A DNA stretch of 52,703 bases, taken from IMG/VR virus record IMGVR_UViG_3300027515_000001, positions 1-52,703 of that record; one strand, given 5' to 3'. Source of the stretch: a virus (taxonomy: Duplodnaviria; Caudoviricetes). Each line of letters opens with the position of its first letter. Positions within the stretch are counted from its first letter, which is position 1. Below, piece after piece: positions 48,915-52,703 of this stretch. The notes under the pieces were generated by a model. That model was not told the DNA's origin. It searched no databases and worked only from the letters and a program-made list of their open reading frames with translations. The position numbers and the translations under genes were made by a program.

Positions 48915-48978
48915 GGGGGAGACGAGGATTTTTCGAGGAATTTTTGAAATGGTCGAGCGCCAGTCGAGCAACGCGATA

Positions 48979-49026
48979 GAGAGGGAGAGGGAGAGGGAGA
49001 GGGAGAGGGAGAGGGAGAGGGAGAGG
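48979..49026 (+). repeat. (GAGAGG)8 polypurine microsatellite
   Basis: Read directly; the purine-rich tract extends to about 49070. Confidence 0.95.
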
Positions 49027-49225
49027 TGGAGGGGTAGGAAAAGAGGGAGGAGGAGAGGGAGAGGGGCGGGAGTAACGTTCTCCCAACCCACACACCGATC
49101 TTCCCCTCCCTCGCCTCGTTTATCATGCACAACAACTACCTCGCACTTTTCCTGTCTACACTTCAATCCGCTCTTCTATAATGCGCCATCAGATCAGCAT
49201 TGGCTCACGGGAGAGCACTGAAACG

Positions 49226-49786
49226 TTAGATTTCCGCGATAACGACTTTAACACCCGCCTGTTCGAGCGTCTTCATCAGACGCTCTACGAACGGGTCAGT
49301 CTCGAAAAATCCAAGCCGCATCGTAACGAACGGGCGGAATGAAAGCGTATCGAGATGGATGATGGAACGGGCCGAGTCGTATGATACGACCGCGACCGGC
49401 AAAAACGCAGTATCGAAGAAATCGACGTGGATAGCGTCCACATCCCCCTCCAGCAGGGGGATCATTACCCGATCCCGCGCCTGCAACACATGCACGACGG
49501 GATCAGAGGGCAACACGTACTGTTGTGGCGTAACGGTATGAGAGACGGTCACGAAAACGTTGTCCCGGTTGAACAGCAAATCAACCGTGATCGTTTTATC
49601 ACTGTCAACCGAAACGATCAAGTGTGAACCGTCGCGAAAAATATGTTCGAGCGTCTTTGTATGTCTGCCTAATTCACGCAATACCAACGATCCCTCCGGC
49701 GCATCAGATAACGCCGGATTGTAGACGTGCAAATACGCACCCTCTTCAAGTTGAAGAGCCGACTTGTCTCTTGAGATATACAACAT
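49226..49786 (-). CDS. Hypothetical protein
   Basis: 186 aa; AGGAGG RBS. Confidence 0.75.
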   Translation of the reverse strand: MLYISRDKSALQLEEGAYLHVYNPALSDAPEGSLVLRELGRHTKTLEHIFRDGSHLIVSVDSDKTITVDLLFNRDNVFVTVSHTVTPQQYVLPSDPVVHVLQARDRVMIPLLEGDVDAIHVDFFDTAFLPVAVVSYDSARSIIHLDTLSFRPFVTMRLGFFETDPFVERLMKTLEQAGVKVVIAEI

Positions 49787-49846
49787 AAATCCTCCTGTTG
49801 TAATGAAACAACGAGCGAAGGGATTTCTCCCTCGCCCGCAAATAAA

Positions 49847-50203
49847 CTACGCGAATAACTCATCAGCCTCCTCTTCCGCCCGCGAAAGATCTTTCACAAC
49901 GATCCCTTGTTCGATCATTCGCCGCACCATCCGCGCCGCCGGACGATGCCAGCATTTCAAGCCATTCTTACCCGCCTTGCACGTGCATGACGCCTCATCA
50001 GCGCCAATGGTGTAGTTCCCGTTGTTGCCAGCGACAATTGCGCCAGCGGGAAACAAAATAACAAGATTGGTAATTCGGTCGCGATACTTGCGTACCTGTT
50101 GCGCTGCCTTGACGACGGCGGCTTCCCAAGACGTACCGACCGCCTTCGCGACCGCACCGTCTACCAAATAGTCGAACTCAATCTGATCAACAACCTTTAA
50201 CAT
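49847..50203 (-). CDS. SWIM zinc-finger protein
   Basis: Y.I....SCTC.AG....CWH; RBS AAAGGA before MLKVV. Confidence 0.8.
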   Translation of the reverse strand: MLKVVDQIEFDYLVDGAVAKAVGTSWEAAVVKAAQQVRKYRDRITNLVILFPAGAIVAGNNGNYTIGADEASCTCKAGKNGLKCWHRPAARMVRRMIEQGIVVKDLSRAEEEADELFA

Positions 50204-50245
50204 CGTACTGTCCTTTCTGTTCTGTTCGCCACTTTCTTGATGACA

Positions 50246-50275
50246 AGTATAACACGTTCTAGTGTCACTTGTCAA
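50246..50275 (-). promoter_or_regulatory. Sigma70-type promoter
   Basis: TTGACA-18 nt-TATACT with extended -10 TG. Confidence 0.7.
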
Positions 50276-50784
50276 GCGGTGCAAGCAGCTTTCTTCATAT
50301 ATGTACCGATCTCTTTTAAAATGCACTCGACATCACGAGGAATAGCCCGGAGATAATCGAGGTACTCATGTATCGACGCCGGATAGCGTTCTGCGAACTG
50401 TTGCAAATCTGACGCAACCAATTCAACATCAAGCAATGCGGTGTCGAGCAAAGCCTTGTCGGCTTCCCAAGGCCGCAGCGCCAGTAAAAACAGTTGCTTA
50501 TAGATTTCTTTCACGCGGGCAGCAACAAACTCTTTTACGCGAACAAGGAACACCACGAAAGCATCATTGTTGCTGGTGACGACACGCACAACATCAGCAC
50601 TTTCAATCGCTTCGCGCTTCTTTTGGACAGCGCGCATGTCGATAGCGTATGTAAGAGCGGTTTTGTAATCACCACGCTCTTCGCATTTCACAGCCTGCTC
50701 GGCGTATTCCCGTTCTTGCCTCATTAAACACATAATCAGTTCGTGCTTCGCCGCTTCAGCCGCCATGTGGACTTCGTACTTCAT
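50272..50784 (-). CDS. Hypothetical helical protein
   Basis: 170 aa; AAGGAAGGA RBS. Confidence 0.7.
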   Translation of the reverse strand: MKYEVHMAAEAAKHELIMCLMRQEREYAEQAVKCEERGDYKTALTYAIDMRAVQKKREAIESADVVRVVTSNNDAFVVFLVRVKEFVAARVKEIYKQLFLLALRPWEADKALLDTALLDVELVASDLQQFAERYPASIHEYLDYLRAIPRDVECILKEIGTYMKKAACTA

Positions 50785-50953
50785 AATTCCTTCCTTTCTA
50801 TCTAGCCAAGTTTCAAAAATGAGCCGAACGACACCGGCAACTGTGTGAAAAAGCGATTATCTAGCGGGTCATCTTGAGAGACACATAACACATTGCCGTT
50901 ATCAAGATAGTGGTTGATGGAATACAGCGTTACCGTTGCATAATCCTTTCAGT

Positions 50954-51925
50954 TCAACGTAGATAACACGGCTCCATCGGCATCACGAGTTCCCACGCAA
51001 CAAGATGCCCGTGCGACCAATGCAATTGCAATGGTTTCCACACGAACGTCTTACGTTCATCCCACACGTTTGGTTCCGCCGGAGGGATATGCAGAGACAC
51101 TGCGCCGCGTTCGGGAAGTAACAAAATCTCAGGATCGAGCGCAACCAATGCGAATGAATTAACAATCGCCGCATCGGAAACAACAAATTCCGTGGGTGAA
51201 ACCGTCGGGAACTGGAAGAAAACATAACTGTGCGTGTCCGATTTGCTAAAAAGATGCAATTCCGCGATGGGACGCTTGATCTTTTTCTGTTCTCGCAGCA
51301 CTTTCGCGACTTCCTTACCACGCTTTTTGATGTCAGCTAGCGAAGCAACCGTTTGAAACACAATCGACGGTTGCGCACTACGTGACACCAAATTTACCAG
51401 TGACACCGGCGGGCCTTTAATCTCGGATTTGGATAATTTGACCAAATACCGTTGCCCTGTCTTCAACGTTCCTACCGCCGTTGACGATCCCCGATCAATC
51501 GTGATATGAATATCGGTCGCATCTTTCAGCACATTAACCAGTGTCTGCACCTCTTCTGCCAGATACCATGCACCAACGACCGGCTCTTCGATGTGCCGGC
51601 CTTCGCTCCACGTTGTTGCAGCGGAAACGGATTGCATGAGATCAACCAGCACCATGCCGTGCCGGTAAGTGGCGAACAGCGAAAAGCGTTGGATTTCGGG
51701 AACGTATACAACACCAATAGCGCGCAAATGCGGCAAAACATTCATCCGCGCCGCCGTACTCAACAATTTCAGTGTAGAAAGTAATTCTTTTACTTCCTGC
51801 TTTGTTTCCGCTTTGCATAATGGCGAGGTTTGATACACGTGATGGTACAAGTGACGGTCAAGTTCTGTCGTAGTGATCGGAAACTTCCCCAACTGCGCTG
51901 CGTTTTCAAGTTGCGTCGTCAGCAT
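50954..51925 (-). CDS. Hypothetical protein, possible divergent beta-clamp fold
   Basis: TAARMNVLPHLRAIGV...LFATYRHGM and terminal LVMPME loosely echo DnaN motifs. Confidence 0.5.
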   Translation of the reverse strand: MLTTQLENAAQLGKFPITTTELDRHLYHHVYQTSPLCKAETKQEVKELLSTLKLLSTAARMNVLPHLRAIGVVYVPEIQRFSLFATYRHGMVLVDLMQSVSAATTWSEGRHIEEPVVGAWYLAEEVQTLVNVLKDATDIHITIDRGSSTAVGTLKTGQRYLVKLSKSEIKGPPVSLVNLVSRSAQPSIVFQTVASLADIKKRGKEVAKVLREQKKIKRPIAELHLFSKSDTHSYVFFQFPTVSPTEFVVSDAAIVNSFALVALDPEILLLPERGAVSLHIPPAEPNVWDERKTFVWKPLQLHWSHGHLVAWELVMPMEPCYLR

Positions 51926-51961
51926 GGTTGCCCCTGTTGTGTACTAGCATTAATTGTGCAA

Positions 51962-51991
51962 AGTATACAATACGATGCAAAAACCACCAAA
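51962..51991 (-). promoter_or_regulatory. Promoter with TTTGGTGGTTTTT box
   Basis: Same box, 11-nt spacer and TATACT as 28264-28293. Confidence 0.65.
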
Positions 51992-52077
51992 GGTTGTTGC
52001 GTATGCAATTGTTGCGACTACCGTGCAATTGCATGACGACATTTGCCTGCATGTCAAGCTTACACAAGCGTTAAACT

Positions 52078-52703
52078 TTACACAAGCGTTACATACTGCT
52101 CGTTGCGTCGCAGAAACGGCAGTGGAACCGGATAGCGCGCAGATAACGCTGATGCTCGCTGCGCTGCGATGAGCTGATCGGTTGCGTTCAGTCGCGTAAC
52201 GTGAATGACGCGATCATAGTCAATCGTGGTGATCGCTGTGCCAGTCGCAAGCTGGTTAGACATTTTTGCCAACTGGTCATTTGGCACAAACTTGCGGACA
52301 TCGTTATACGACGATCTAAATACCACCGCCGACGAGATGCTATCGCGCAAACTTGTTATTGCGCGCAACGCTTGCCCCCACGTTTGACCAATAAGCACCA
52401 CGCGCATTTGCACTTTGCGGTACTGATTAATGCTATCAAGCAAGCGTTTAATTGCACGTTTGGTGCGTTCTCCGCCAGAAAGTACAAAACTCGTGAACTC
52501 GTCAAACACGAAAACTATCGGAAATGCAGACTCTTGTTTGCGTAAGCGATGCAATCCGAGCAACCACCAGAAATCAATATATTCCAGCGCCTCGTCAACC
52601 GTATCAGCTGTCGGCAATATCTGCAACGGCGCGAGGAATTGCGTTGTTTGTGCGTGCAAACTCTCTTTTTGCGATTTGTGCGGATCGTACAAAAGAAATC
52701 GCA
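52078..52703 (-). CDS. C-terminal part of HerA/FtsK-like ATPase (starts at nt 308 across the junction)
   Basis: Walker B IVFVFDEF, RKVQMRVVLIGQ (arginine finger and Q sensor typical of FtsK-HerA). Confidence 0.85.
   Translation of the reverse strand, partial: RFLLYDPHKSQKESLHAQTTQFLAPLQILPTADTVDEALEYIDFWWLLGLHRLRKQESAFPIVFVFDEFTSFVLSGGERTKRAIKRLLDSINQYRKVQMRVVLIGQTWGQALRAITSLRDSISSAVVFRSSYNDVRKFVPNDQLAKMSNQLATGTAITTIDYDRVIHVTRLNATDQLIAAQRASALSARYPVPLPFLRRNEQYVTLV
52577..52703. repeat. Terminal direct repeat, right copy
   Basis: Identical to nt 1-127. Confidence 0.95.

Larger units (their letters stand above)
1..52703. mobile_element. Complete tailed dsDNA bacteriophage genome (siphovirus-like), circular assembly
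   Basis: Terminase, portal, capsid, tail tube, tape measure, tail fibre, lysis and replication genes all present; no tail sheath recognised; no host housekeeping flanks; identical ends. Confidence 0.95.

Noticed and set aside
48770-49221. ORFs with SP, ER, LS or LP dipeptide runs
   Set aside because: Open frames produced by the (GAGAGG)n microsatellite; no RBS
52060-52091. Direct repeat TTACACAAGCGTTA x2
   Set aside because: Short local duplication at the ATPase 3' end with no evidence of function
1-52703. Genome-wide stop-codon reassignment
   Set aside because: Core genes are intact under the standard code and TAA, TAG and TGA all terminate genes
1-52703. Integrase, repressor, ParA/ParB, tRNA genes
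   Set aside because: No matching motifs recognised by eye; divergent versions cannot be excluded without searches

Overview
The window is almost certainly a complete, circularly assembled tailed dsDNA phage genome (siphovirus-like). It has 52,576 unique bp; nt 1-127 are repeated at 52577-52703. The host is probably a Chloroflexota bacterium (inference). It encodes head, neck and tail modules, an intein-containing large terminase, a portal, an amidase/glucosaminidase endolysin and a holin. Replication and recombination genes include primase, DnaB, family A polymerase, an Hjc-like resolvase, RecA and a PD-(D/E)XK nuclease. It also carries ThyX, dUTPase, class II RNR and an adenine methylase. 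No integrase, repressor, tRNA or CRISPR array was recognised. Most notable: (i) a promoter-driven three-gene cassette led by a Csx15-like protein (candidate viral cyclic-oligoadenylate ring nuclease or sponge against type III CRISPR) and ending in a GNAT; (ii) an oriC-like locus with five 11-bp-phased DnaA-box-like sites beside a very AT-rich tandem-repeat region; (iii) a dispersed intergenic 22-bp palindrome family plus a companion motif; (iv) tail chaperone genes in the same frame separated only by a UGA; (v) candidate middle and late promoter motifs. All protein family calls are by-eye motif recognition, not database searches.
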